Shown here: in pieces, positions 11,111 to 24,800 of the stretch
How the letters are laid out: every line of letters begins with the position of its first letter
Position numbering within the stretch: the stretch's first letter is position 1
NCBI GenBank assembly: GCA_964187785.1
Contig: OZ076420.1
Location: 32,302,001-32,366,000 of the forward strand
Direction: 5' to 3'
DNA: 64,000 nt
Origin: Amphiscolops sp. MND2022
Lineage: Eukaryota
Made by a program: the position numbers and the translations under genes
The notes under the pieces: model-generated
Told to the model about the DNA's origin: nothing
The model's database searches: none
The model's input: the letters and a program-made list of their open reading frames with translations, nothing else

Positions 11111-12255
11111 TTTGTGCCGTAGTAGGAAAGTTCGATAAAAATTTTGCTTACTGCGCCATGTTAAGATCTCGTCGTTATCTATTAAAAACAATGTTCGTGG
11201 CAAGTAATCTCTTTCAACTGTACTATATCAAAGTATACTTTTTGACTGAGTATCTAAATGTAACAACATAAATAGAAAGAAATCAATTAGAGTTTGTTTG
11301 TAAATATAATCAAGCAACTCTCTGTCTATGGTTTGACCTCTACATTCCACAATAATATCCTCCGACTTCCCCCAATCTGTTGCTGCTATTAGTTATCAAA
11401 ACCATCCACTGATTAACAAGTGAAGTTCACCAATGAAACCAAGTATTTCCCATGTTTCCACAGACTTCGCTACAAAGAGCTCCAAGTATCAAAATTCCTT
11501 TGCCTAATAACCTGAAAATGGGAATCGAGCAAAATTTGGAAGAGCTCTTGAGCTGGCAACCGTAAATACGAAATTATCTGGAAAAATCTATGCTTCAGGA
11601 AGCGTGGACATGCCAAAAGATTCTTTTTCCCACCTGCTAAGGGTGTCTGGTGTTTGTTTAGCGTCTTCGCACGTCTTTTTGTTCAATTTTTCAAAAGTCC
11701 AAAAGAAGCAGCAAAACAATTTTAATGCAATTATTATGGACTTTTCAATGTCAGGTCGTAGAAAAAATTGAAATAAGATGGGAACGCTTCGCATGGGGCA
11801 CTGTTAAAAATGGACTTAACAAAACCAGATTTATCAAAGTGATTTAGTGTTCTGCAGAAAAAAAAGTCGTCACTGCAATGACGTTTCAACCGAACTGAAT
11901 TAGGCAGGTCTGCAGTGGTTTTGCACTTTTTGAAAATTAGGCGCAATGTTGTCGTCGTATACTTGTTGCTCACAAGATTGGTGTTTTTCAACGTCAGATG
12001 ATGGAGAAACTAGGTTGTAAAAACTGAATGGAGTTTGAAAGATTATGGATGACTTTGAAGGGTGAAAATTGAAACGAATTTATGTATAGAGCTGTATTGT
12101 ATGAGAACCGTATGAGAGAAAAGTCAATTAAGAGTGTCATTTAGTTGGTAACCCAGAAGCTTGAAAGTTAAAGGTTAACTGAAAAAGTTTAAAACAGTTC
12201 AGTTGCTACAAAATTAATCTGAAACAATTGCCTTTAATTAAGCAACCAATTTCAG

Positions 12256-12875
12256 CTAAACTAGCCGAGTCACCGGAAATGGATGATGATTCACGAGAGA
12301 TGCTCTCATTCCTCTGGATTCTCCGATCTTGGTTGTTGGACTGCACTGCTCACGGAATACCCAAAGTGGTCTCGTCTGCCAACTTCAACCGAAAGATTTT
12401 CTGGCTGTTGGCTGTGATCATTTGCAGTGCTTGTTTCATCTACCAGATCGGCATAATGTTCCAAGACGTTTTCAGCTACCCCATAACTGTCAGTGTCCAA
12501 ATCAAGTATCCAGATAACCTCATAATGCCTACAGTTACAATTTGTAACTCCAATAAACTGAAAGAATCGAGCTTGAGAGAGTATGATAACAGAGCAGAGA
12601 CTCAGTTGCACAAAGTATTGTTGTTCGAAGACTTCACGTCAATCGGGATGAATGAAATTGAGAAAACATTGTATGAACAGCTTCAAAAATACCAAACGAA
12701 CACAACTACTAGAACAAAGGAGGGACGAACTCCCCAAGGAACGTCAAGCCAAAGCCCGGAAACTGAAGCCAATCCACCTCCACCACCTGACACCTATCAG
12801 ATCGATTGCAACGCTACGTACCCATATACTCTGAACTGGGACGATTCTAACAGTTTCAAATACCGCCCTGAATCG
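12256..12875 (+). CDS. DEG/ENaC exon: N-terminus, HG motif, TM1, start of ectodomain
   Basis: Acceptor tttcag|ct at 12255/12256; donor tcg|gtatcc at 12875/12876 (phase 0). Confidence 0.9.
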
Positions 12876-15800
12876 GTATCCTTTATCAATATATTTTCCT
12901 GGTATCTTATTTGCCCCAGTCACTTCAACACTGGTGTTTGTTCTGGTGTCGAAACTAATCAAGTATTCTTTCCTTTTTACTCGCACGCTTCTAAAAACAA
13001 AGCAGGAATAAAAGTTGCTGAGATTGAAAAATTTTAGTTTCAAACTTTCCATACGAAACTCAGGTCGTAAAATCAGTGTAAAATTGGTGTATCACCAAAA
13101 AGCCGTGTCTTACTTATTGCTGGTAGCTTATTGTGATCAAAAAGTTGCATTGTCTTCATTCTAAGCAATCAATTTTTTTATTAAAAACTTCAGCGCAATT
13201 GTTTAATAAAAAATGCTTTTCTTTATGATCAAGGAACACAATTTTTAGGTTATATACCATTAGAAACTACCTCAACTTTACATGAATTAAGAGATGGTTC
13301 CACCCAACTGCTTGCATGTAACTATGTCCACCAATACGATTCCATGAATTTAACCATGTTGTCAAATGAAATCAATTTTTTTGCGGTAGAGGATGAGTCA
13401 GCAGCTACTTGAACTTATCGCCTAAGAACCAGTTTCTAAAGTGAACAAGATCTAAAGCTAAATGCCTAGAATTTTTGGCAGCCTTCATTAATTTTAGCCA
13501 TCAGAAAGGAACATCTGCGAGTGACATCTGGCTGGTGACCGGATTTCTTTCATGTAGCAGGCTCATAACTGTTGTCCGTAGCTTCGTTGGCAGAATTATT
13601 TGATCGATAGTTTCTTCTTGTACGGCCGGTGATCCGATTTGTTATGTACAAAGTAAGTCATGTTGTTGCCTTTCCATGCACCCGAGTGTTTCCATTAGGA
13701 ATGAATGTGCCGTTGTCTCTGTCAATAGTAGTTCTAGATACATTGAGGAATTTTTCCCAGTTTCTTTGACTACTTTTCCCAAGTCCCAGTCTTTTCCTTG
13801 TTCCGCGTCAATTCGGGGTACGTGCCCGATTTTGATAAACTGGACCCTATTGAAGCGAATATTTTGTACCCAGTTTACAGTTGGCGTTTCTTGTCCTGAG
13901 TTGGTAACCCATGGTGGTGTTGATTGTTCGCAGATGGGTATCATGTAACGACCGTTGGGTGTTTGTTTTGTTTAAATGACATATTCTCCCAATTTCTGGG
14001 TTGCTGATTCGTTAATGTTTTAGCTAATGCAAGCGTTTGTTGGAAGTGAACTTGTGGTGTGGTTGATGACGTATACTGTTGATGACGTATTCTTAGTACT
14101 AGGCGTCATCCGTTTGCAACTACGCTGTCGGATTTCAGTTACGGATAATCCTGCGTGGTTGCTGGCTGCATGGGTACCGTTGACTGGAAAGTGTGTAAAC
14201 GATCGAATCATCTCCTTAAGATGTTTTTTTTTACATAACTTTTGTTTGAGTGTTGTTTCAAGTTCTTGGTGATCCGTTAAGAATTTCTTCGGTCTTCCTT
14301 GAATGTAAAACCGAAATGTTTTAATCCCCAATCTACTGCCAGTAGGTACATCTCGTCTGCTCCATTGTGTTTCTGTATCTCATGAAAATCGGATCAGGAA
14401 TTATGCTGATGTTAAGTTACCGTCTTGTTGTTCTTGCAGTAAAGTAGCCCCAGTCCTCTACTACTGACGTTTGTCGTTAAGATTTTCAGATAACTTGAGT
14501 TGTAGTAACCTAAATACCGTATTTCCGTGAGACTGGTTTTCTCATTTTCAAAGGCAATCGTATGTTCTTCCGTTCGCATCCGCCCGCTCAATATCATTTT
14601 TCGGAGCTGTATGAGGCTGTTCGTTAGGCTGATGAAATGTTAATATTTTTAGACAGATATCGTATTGCTAATAGGAAAGACTTTGGCTTGTTTTCGCTTT
14701 TTTAACCTGTGGAAGGTTTTTTTAATCGCGAAGACGTTATCTTTAAGCGGTTTAATGCCGTTCTGGTTTATTTTGCTAATGATTCTTCTGCACTGTATTG
14801 GCATGTTCAACAAAACATTAGCAAACAAGTGACCTAATACAGTCAAGAGTTATCGTGCTGTTGGCGCGAAACACTTCAACAGTGCTGATATGCCTTAGTT
14901 TTGCTCGCGGAAAGAAATACGAACAAGTACGTGTTATATTGTGCGATTCCTTGCGCTCATCCATTAGGAATTCATGCTACGATTATCATTTTCTGCGATG
15001 ATTGATGTGCAAAGTTTTTTGACACTGGAAGTTTAGTATTTCGCCCATTTCAGAAACAGGATGCTTCTGAGCGAGAACAAGGCCGTGGCATATGCCAAAC
15101 AGTTTTCTTTGTTGTTCTCAAGTCAACGTTTTTCTTCAAAACATTATTTGCCATTTTTCTGTACAATTTTTGTAAACTTAAAAGTAATTCCGGTTTTGCT
15201 TTATAGAGACAAGTTCAGGCACTATCTTATTAAATCTTTTCTTTGCGAAAAAGATATAATTGTCTTCTTTTACATTTTGCTGAATTTGGAATGTTGGATT
15301 ATGAAGAGGAACGTGCCGTTTGAGGCAATCTTCCTTGGTAGTCGCGGGAACGTTTAAAGTTGGGGTTCCACTTAAGGGTCGAAAAGCGTAGAAGTTTAAA
15401 AATATGGTCACAACTTTTTCAAATGAAAAACTTACAAAGAAGTGTCGAAACTTCCAAAGGGGGCTTTTCGCGCTCAAAAACGCTTTTGTAGTTTGGTTAT
15501 AGCATGCTGGGCCACATGGGAGCGGTTTTTGCGAACCTCGACCTACTGCTAAGGAAAGCGCAATTTAGTCAAGATATAACGTCAAAACTTGGATATAACG
15601 CACTATTATCAATCATCCACTTCCTCTTTATTGAAATGTTATATATTTCGGATATAAGATCAAAAGTTTGGATATCAAATGCAGAGACAAATCTCAGCGC
15701 TTGTTTTTAAACCTCCGCGTCCTCATTAGTAAACGCAGGATTGATCGGATTTAAGTCTAAAGTTCGGATGTAGCGCAATGTTTTCGAACAACTGCCTCCA

Positions 15801-18800
15801 AAGTCCGGATAGTGTTGAAAAAACTATCGGTGGATATAGTGAGAAAATCTAGAATCAGACACAAATTGATAGTTTGAAATAGTCGAATTGTGACAAAAAA
15901 TCGATAGTGGGCGCTTTAGTATCGTTCGCTTTTCTTAGTTGCTTTAAAACAGAAAAAAAAACGAAAAGAAAGACCCTTTGCCGTAACTTAGTGTAAGGAA
16001 TTTGGTCATTAGTGTCTCTAAAATCAAATGCGGAGAAAGAATTCTTCCTTGTTAATTTCCTTTTCAATCCACATGTTCCCTCGTTGCTATTCGGAATTTT
16101 GTTGGACGCTCCCGACTCAGTGTCCCTTTGTTCTGAAGACAGCGTACCCATTTTATTTTGTATTTCAGAAATACCTCTATTGCTAATAGCAGTGCTTATG
16201 GCCCTGTTGAACTGAGAGTGCATCATTGACGTCAAGTAACCCGATTCCTAGGAAAGTCTCATACTCATTTCATTTGAGAAGATTTCCTTCGATTCAATAC
16301 GTCTACCTTGTCTATGAAATTTTGCTTTCAACAATAAAATTCCTAGTTTCATTCATTTGTGACGAATTTTTTCTGTTATTGGAAAAAGCCTCAGTGTCGA
16401 TATGACTAACTGAGTCATTGATAGTATTAGGTAGTTATCGCTCAATAGGATTTGAGCTTTCGTCACCTAATTTTGCGTCCCTGTCTGCAAAGTCGGGTTA
16501 CAAATCCGTCTCTCTCGAGCTTCTTGCCTTTCCTTTCTGTTTTTTTAGTAGGAGGCATAAGAAAGTATCACATGGGAAGAATATAATCACATTTGCCTTG
16601 TAGATAACATAGTTTTACAGTTTTGTTGAATATCAGATTTTCAACTTCAGTTTTGTGTCGGGTACTACAAGTCCCGGGTAAAATACTCAAATTACAAAAG
16701 CACCCATACTTAAGAACATCATTACCCCATAACTAGGTGACGCTAATCTAAAAATAACACAATGACGACAATCCTGTTCTAGATATAGCCAGCAAAGGCC
16801 ATTTTTATTTTCCTTACAAGGCCGACTTCAGGCATATGAACATTTTATTAAAGATCATACGTGTTCAAATACAATTCACTGCGAGTGGCATGATGCCCTT
16901 CGTGTCCCCATATACTTTAGGCGCTTTTATTGCAAACATGCGGGTTGAAAAACAAACTAATGTTGAAATGAGAGCTCTACGGGATGGAAATATCAACTTC
17001 ATTGGTTAACAGTACAACAAAGAGTATTTATTTCCTATTAACTAAATATCCAACAGTACTGTTTTAATTTGGAGCGAACATCCCGTAATCGGTTGATTGA
17101 CTTAATTTTCGTCTCCGCATGGCACTTGGCCGTATACATATACTTAATCACAGCATTATTACTAAAAAATAGGCGCCTCCGATTAGTATATTGAAATTTG
17201 GACCAGTGGTCCACCACGCCATGCGAGAAGGCATTTGATTTCTTTTCCTTCTCGCTTGTACGCTTGGTGTCTAATATTAGCGCTACATATAACATTATAC
17301 ATACACTATACTACGGTATACTACGCTATACTACGCTATAGTATTATACATATTCAATAACATTGTCGATAAGTTACTGGAAAGAACATGGAAACAACAG
17401 CATATTATAAAAGGTTGAAAGTTGGTTATTCTCAACTTAACAGGATCGTTTTTGCAACGCTCTCTGGTAATCGTGGCTGAAGGAAGCTATGTTGCAATCT
17501 CAGGCAGCTGCTTCGGGCACTTTCCCAGGTGCTAAGATGAAGGAGCCAAACTTCATACCTTCGAGAAATGCTGGGTGCCTTGCTTTTAACTGCTCCGTAG
17601 ACTGGCCCCTCACGGCTCTTTGAGGACGTCCATAACTGCTTTGTCTTGCATTGGCTGGAGTGAGTTTCCACAGACAAGGCAATCGGTGCAGCCAGTGATG
17701 TACGTGCATTCCTTGACATCTGGTCTTTTGAATTGGGTTCAGACTAACTCTACCTCCTGAGTTGGCTGCCTTGAGTAGTTTGTCGGAGCATACGTTTCAT
17801 ATGTAGGGTACTTGTCCTCGAATTGTGGAGGCAAGTGTGTGTACACCAACGGGGTCAATTTTCCGCATAAGTTGTTGGGATGATTATTCCTCAAGCGCGT
17901 ACCTCTCTGGCGATAGAACTTCTGCGCCCCCGCTTGTCAAAAAAGGCTGGGGTAGACGAAGGCCCAGGATTAATGGAAGGCCTCGGGGCAACACTTATTT
18001 ACGGCTTAGCGTTCAACTTGTTAGCAGTCATTGTTGGTACGATTCTCCTAGTGAAAGTGATCACCATCTGTCTTTCCACACACTGAGTCAGCAATGCCAC
18101 GTCCTTTGATAGTTCTTTCACAGCTTCCACTGATGCATCGCTCGAGCATTCCATGGAGTCGTCTCTTGAAACGAGACTACACTGATGGGTCGTGTGGACC
18201 CATTGATAGACTCCATTTCAAAGTATAGGGAGAGAAACGTAAGCATCATAGCCATTTTGAAAGATTGATTGAGGTTTGTTTTAAGAGCTAGCGTTGAAGA
18301 CCAACAGTTTTGCATTAGATTAAAAAAAGATGTGATAAGGCATCTCACTTAAGTTTCGAAATGAATTCCTCCCAGCTAGTTTTGATTTTTCCCAGGCATT
18401 CCTCCCTTTGTTGATGAGAAATTGCTCAATACCATATTCATTCCTTGCTTTGATTAGAATCCGCCATCTTTTTTTTGGCTCTCAAATGCCTCAAAAGTAC
18501 TTGAGGCGGCGAAAAACCATCACTCAGTTGTTAAGTGTTTTCTACCCCTTCAACAGCCACTTGAAAGTCTCGAGATGTTGTGAAGAAGGTGGATGACAGC
18601 CGTATTCTTCCTTCACTCATAAGACAATAAGAATGTTGAAAAATTTTGGTTGATCATGCCATCGATCCATATAAGGAAACAATCAAAATAATGTGAAATT
18701 TTGAAAATATTGGAATACAAGAATAGGTTGTTATTTAAATGTATATAATGCAGATATTCCTGGCAGATGATCCACATGTCATTGATATCTTCATATAGCT

Positions 18801-21800
18801 ATAGTATTAGAAACCAATACAAATAGGCAGGTACTCCAATTTCCTTATTTTTGTCTCAACATTGTTAAATCGCCAGTTTGTCATCCAATTCCTTTTACAT
18901 ATTACCCCTTTTGCAGCTTCTAATATTTATCTTTTTGTAAATAATCACTTCTTTCTAACATCATTTAGTTTTCTAGTCTTTGCGTCATTGTCATTTTGTT
19001 ACTTTTGCTTTCAACGTTTAATGCATCATCATCTTCTCATCATCCCTTCTTGGATTGTCTTTCGGAAATCTCGTCCTCATCCCCAAGTCTAGCTCATCTC
19101 TGTCAACTTTCACCCTTACAATTTTCTCGTCAGTATAGTCTTCCTTTTGGAACAACGATACCCACCTAGTCCACACATTCCAACTCAACTGCCAGTTGTG
19201 ACTGAATCAACTTCGTTTTCACCAGCAGAATTCTGTCCAGTTGGACACCTCAGGTTTTTCTATCTCGTTGTGGTTTTGATTTTCGATTTTGCACGGGAAT
19301 AGGCTTGACCAGGGCTTTCGTCTTGTTCACGTATTTCTTTTCCTTTAAAACGCAAGTCTTCACAGGTGTTCTGTTTTATCTACTTTCGGAAGAGTTTGAA
19401 TCCGGCGTTTTGGATTTCTTTTCAGGAAGTTCAGCGCTAATTGATAACCTTGATGTTTAGCTATGTCAACAGGAAGGGATACATGTTTGCCTGAGAGTCT
19501 CTTCGCACATCTATCAGAAATAACGACCGTCAATCCTTTTACTGCCAGTAGAAACCGTCAATCCTTGCTACTGCTGCTCACTACAGAGGCATGTCTTCAC
19601 CCATTTGTTACTCCTCCAAGTCCTTCCACTGAGGAAAGCCTCAACGTCTACAGTGAATAAACTCTACTAAATTCCCACAGCTTCGGTATGAAACACTGCC
19701 ACTCCGCCTCCAACTGGTCCTGCTACCAGGTTTGTTCAAACCAGAGCGGAACCCGAAGTTTTCGGAGGGTCCATCATTGTCAATCAGACTGAGAGGCCAC
19801 TCTCGCTGAAGGCCAAGCATCACCGCAAGTTGCTTCTGATGTGATTAGTGAAGTTAGCGGTCAGTACCAGGGGGTCAACTAAGTGCCTACTGATTCACGT
19901 GAAGTTGAAGATCTGCTTGACAGCTCGGGGGTAGAGTACAAGTTTAATAGGCCTGTTACCCTCACATTGGACTCAGTTGTCTTACCGACCACCCAAAGGA
20001 ATCTGTACCCAGGTCAAGACATCAGTGATTGTGAATAGGGTGGAAATTTGCCACCGAGTACCAGTACTCCTCGTCAGGTATCTGCAACTTGTAGGGCCGT
20101 AATTCGGAAACGATTTTCCGAATATCCTTCAAAATCAGTACTCATCGGCCACTACACCGTCGCATTTAGTGAAGGCCAAATTCATCGCGTTTTCCGTGTC
20201 ACCTCAGATGAAACAGCTCTTTCATCTTTTCACCTGGTGAAAACATTGTTAGCAGGAGCACGTTCAGGTGGTGTTCCACTCGGGGAAGACCAATAATCCT
20301 GGTCTTCGTAGAACCCCTCAACCACGGTGTCCTCCTGAATGAAATATTTACGGTTGGTTGTCACAACGAGGGGTACACCAGTTGTGTCCTCAGTTCAGAT
20401 GAAGATCTAGCGGTCTTTGAATCGGCACAAGGATTTGTGTCGACTGCCGATACAGTCCCAACTTCCATCTCCACTGCAACAATTGCATCCGATATGCCTC
20501 TCGGTCTATCCGTCAACAGCATGCCGAGCTCGAGATACAGTGAAGCCGACTCTCAACCCCTAGCCCAGGAGTGCTAGCGCACTATTGTCAGTCCTACCAT
20601 CCCCCGCCCTCCTCGCAAACAAAGCAGACTCATGTGCAAACCCGGCAAAATGATTAAGAACCTCTTTGAAGGCAATGGCTGAACAAAAACTTTTGTGACA
20701 GATCACCTCGAACCAGAGCACAGCAAACATAAGTTTTACTGCCAAATTTGTGGAACAAATGTTTCAATCTTCTCAAAAGGCGCAAGAGAATTAGTCTGGC
20801 ACTACCAATTGGAATCTCATCTTCGCAAAGATCAACGTATGAGAGACGAGTACCCGGGGAAACTGACAAGATCACAGGGGTTACCAATCACTAAGTCCGC
20901 GGCAAAGACGATCACGTTTTAACTGCTTTTGAACTTAGGAGAGAAGTCTTTATTTGAGAATGCGCCATAAGTGGACATCGGGGACATGACTGTCTTTGGT
21001 GATTTTCGAATCCGACAGAGGTACGAGCAACGATAGCAGATCTCCATGATTGGCCTATTTGTTGTTCGCTGCGGGGACATTATACTGCTGCAGAATATGC
21101 GGGCCCAAGTCGGCATAACTGCCAATCACCAGGAAATTTTCTCCCCTTTTGACTGGAGCGCCACAACACATACATTAGGTATCTTGTTTCTAGTCAGAGC
21201 TCTCTCATGATCTATCATCATGTTATATTTTTTATCATTTGTTTCGTTTCACACCATCTTTCATAACATCTTCCTGTGCGGCATTGCAGACGTCGCGCAC
21301 CAGATCATATCATCCGAAATGTACTTTCTCGAGTTTGAACTAAAAGGCACCCACTGCTCAGTCTTCATCCGTTTTTGGAAAACAGATTTCTCGTCCTTGT
21401 TTACCTATGCTGTTACCGACAAGTACAGATTCTCCAGTTGGGATATTCAACTGGTCTCCCTCTGTGTTTGCCACCAAGACGAGTCTGGTTAGCGTGTCGG
21501 GGTGTCCGGCTGGATTATTAGCTCGCGTCGTGGAAAGATCCACTGTCTTCGGCCAGGTGTTCCAATCCCCCGTTAGCGTTCTGTTTTCGCCGAACTTGAT
21601 GCACCGACCACGAGGGAGCATGTTCGGGCTATTCGACTTCTTTTCTCAGTTGAATTTACTTGTCATTTTCCTCGATGGCTGTCAAAATCTGATTTGGATC
21701 GTTCAGACTCCTGAGCTTTCTCAAGTAGGTATTCCTTTCCTTCACAGGGCATCTTTCCCCATAGTCTGGATCTCACTTTCGGTTTTCGGCAAGCAGTCTG

Positions 21801-24800
21801 AACTTGAAACCTCCACTTGGCTCAATTCCAGCGATAGGTTCAGATCTTCTTGCGAAATGAAAGCCCATACTGGACTACATGGCCAAAACTGCCCCAACTC
21901 AACCAATGCAAGGTGTCCGAAATGAGAAAGGTATACTCCATTTCACCTTATTCCCTTTTGGCTTTTGCTTTGTACGACTGCCTCGAAAATCCTGTCAAAC
22001 AATTGTGTGTATGCTTTTGGCTTCAGCCTCAAAGTCGCGAGTGGCTCAATATAACGGACAACTTTCGTCTGTCAAACTGGAGTTCTTTGGCAGAATCCTC
22101 AGGGATTGTTAGTATATCAGTTGTTTTATGGTACATCCTGATACTTTCCACGCTGTCCTCTAATGTTCGTTCAGACCAAAGACTGTCCCTTTGTGATTGT
22201 CTGTGCATCACCCGTCTGCTGTTTAGATACAGATTCAAAAAATTTTGAAAAGAGTCTCTCATGACGTAAAGACTCTGAGTGCTTCATTTTGGGTAGTAAC
22301 ACCAGTTCATGAAAAAGCTATGTTATCTGTCTTTCCCGCCCCCGTATCTCCTTGGGAAATCCAATTGGTCGTCGCTGCTCGCAATAACAGGTCAGGAACT
22401 CCGACAGTTGTCATGTCGTGAATTGCTCTTTCAATTAAAGCTGATTTCGAATTTTAATGGGGTTTGTCGTTTCAGGATGGCGCTTGTCGCATCAAGGCTT
22501 AACGTGAAATATGCGACAAGAAGCCTCGCAGCATAAATATGGAGAGTCTGACTGATGCTGCCAAAGAAGTGATCACTTCGAAGGCTCGGTGCTACCTTGT
22601 CTCTCTTGTTGAGTCTCCTAAATGCCAACCTTTCCAGAATTGAGGCAAGTTTCGATCCAACTGACTTGTTGTTACCAGTTGACCAGGCCACCTTTTGTTT
22701 TACATCCCTGTTTCAGAGGTTCTACTTGCGAGGAAGGTTACCTCATTCGCCTGAGACAGAACTCTTGAATTCTTGGATCAGTTCCGCTGTTTCGCTGTAC
22801 ACATGAAAGCAACAGCATAATAAAGTTTGTAAGTTGTCGCAGCCTGCGCAGTGCTGCGTGACCCCAATGTAAATGTAAAAATGATGTTTGTAATGTAAAT
22901 GTTAAAATATTATTGAGAACTTAACGCAGTACCTAAAATACACAAAGATTTGAATACTCAAACAAAATTAAGTGCAGTGTTTGTTTGTAGTCAAGCAGGC
23001 AACGCGTTGACTGAAGTTAATTGTTTAATTTAGGGTGATTTGTTTGCCTAAACACATGAAGATAATAGAGCTAATACGTTATTTTATCTGCAATCGTTGT
23101 TTTGTTGCAGCTTAAATAAAGTAGGCTAATCGTTGCCTCTGAACACTTGGTTTGACGTCCCAGTCAACTATTTAGTTGCCCGAAACCAGAAGCATTGCCT
23201 GGAATGTGACCAGGATATTTTTACTACCAATGTTTGTAACGCTAATTACTCGCGTCCAATAATCGTTTTTAGTGCTCGAAAATTCTTCAATTCAATATTT
23301 AAGGCAGTTTATTCGAGTATGATTGAGAAATCCATTTTTCTTTGTTGTAAATATCATATTCTTTTCACGCTTCAGTAGCTAGGTTCATGATATTTAGTTC
23401 CACTTTCGGCGTATCGAATTGGCGCTGAAGAAAGAAAAAGGAATGCGGCATTGGGACTGCGACAGGAGGTAGACTCCCACTTTTCCTTAAAAGTGAAATG
23501 ACGCTGAACGGCAAGTCCAGAAGAAACCTCCGTTTTTTGGATTTCCTCGCCTCGCCTCGGTAGGACGCCGATTTGAACAAATTGGTGAATTCACGCACGG
23601 GGTTTATCCCGCGTGTCTTGCGTGAATTTAAAAAACCTGGAGCGTGATCGGAGAGGTCATTATTTTTGCACCCTAACTTGCGCAGTACTCTTTTTTAAGA
23701 AGTACTCTTTTCCATTTCTGAAATTGCAACTAGTAAATGTTCTCATTTTGGCAATCATGTATTTTCTCAAAAAACAGCACTTTGCAAAAGCCGGATTTGC
23801 TTCCAGCAGTTTAAAGGAAAATGTCGAATCTAATTGAATTACTGCCACCACAAAGATTGTTCGACTAAAGAGCATGCCCAAAAGGTCATTAAGGGGGAAA
23901 TTGGGAATTGACCCATCTAGCAATCAGGAAGCAAGCGTAGTCTTTAGCCCTTCAGTTGACGAAAATCAGTCTCTTTCTCAGCGTGATTTCGGCCTATCTT
24001 TCTAACAAAATCGAAATTGGAATATCCAAAAGCCTGATTTCGGACAACGAGAAATCTTAAGACTGATAGAGAATCTCTCGTTCAGAGTGTATAGTCTTTC
24101 AAACACTTGGTCTTAACAAGGTTGTCCGGTAGTAATTTGAGAGATCCCGAAGGAGTAACACCTGAGGAAGTCAAAAGAACAAACGTGACAAGAAACTTTA
24201 GTCTCAACATGGTGACAGGAGTTACAGCGAACCAACCCGGAAACAAACACCAAGGATCTTCCTTTCTGCCACCTCGAAACCAGAGGTACCCGGAAGATAT
24301 CAGCGATAAGCTCTTTTAATCGTTTCGAGCGGCAACACAACAGAAATCAGACGTCCCCTCGGGCGTCTCAAACAAAAGAGACACGTGGTGCTTGCCTCGA
24401 TGGACTTCCAGCAATTGTCAATGGACGTTCTCATCAACTTGGGAGCAATGGTTACTTGCATGCCAGAAACTGAATACATAAAGCTCATCCGATCCACCAA
24501 AGCTCATCCGGAACCGATCCACCAGGTTTCATACTGAAAGTCGCAAATGACGACATTGATAAGCCAATCAAAACAAAACGAAACATAGGTTCAGATCTTC
24601 TTGCGAAATGAAAGCCCATACTGGACTACATGGCCAAAACTGCCCCAACTCAACCAATGCAAGGTGTCCGAAATGAGAAAGGTATACTCCATTTCACCTT
24701 ATTCCCTTTTGGCTTTTGCTTTGTACGACTGCCTCGAAAATCCTGTCAAACAATTGTGTGTATGCTTTTGGCTTCAGCCTCAAAGTCGCGAGTGGCTCAA

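Larger units (their letters stand above)
5425..11351 (-). mobile_element. Full-span, decayed Ty3/gypsy LTR retrotransposon
   Basis: LTRs 5425-5640 and 11159-11351 (TG..CA; about 7 substitutions plus 1-nt and 22-nt indels). 5-bp TSD ATAAT at 5420-5424 and 11352-11356. PBS TGGCGCAGTAAGC (tRNA-Ser-like) from 11158 down; PPT GGAGGAGGGGGAA next to 5640. Order gag-PR-RT-RH-IN on the minus strand. Confidence 0.95.
17288..22834 (-). mobile_element. 3' internal accessory-ORF region of a decayed minus-strand long-LTR element, interrupted by the TAAGT insertion
   Basis: Decayed minus-strand frames at about 17430-19150 and plus-strand frames at about 19460-22806. Host sequence resumes after the TSD at 36063. 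No gag/pol seen, so the assignment is inference from layout. Confidence 0.45.

Noticed and set aside
5064-12200. Host sequence flanking the gypsy element (5064-5424 plus 11352-12200) as a transposase or upstream channel exon
   Set aside because: Only short frames with no recognisable motif; no convincing phase-1 donor was found.
12306-12611. Antisense and alternative-frame ORFs over the channel exon (also 56892-57191, 39967-40314, 43752-43949)
   Set aside because: Shadow ORFs of real coding sequence. Their repetition in the paralog only reflects the near-identical DNA tract.
21178-21252. 75-nt T-rich interruption in the zinc-finger cargo ORF as a spliceosomal intron
   Set aside because: The frame is the same on both sides, but the acceptor reads AC rather than AG and the nearest GT gives the wrong phase. 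It cannot be claimed from this decayed copy.
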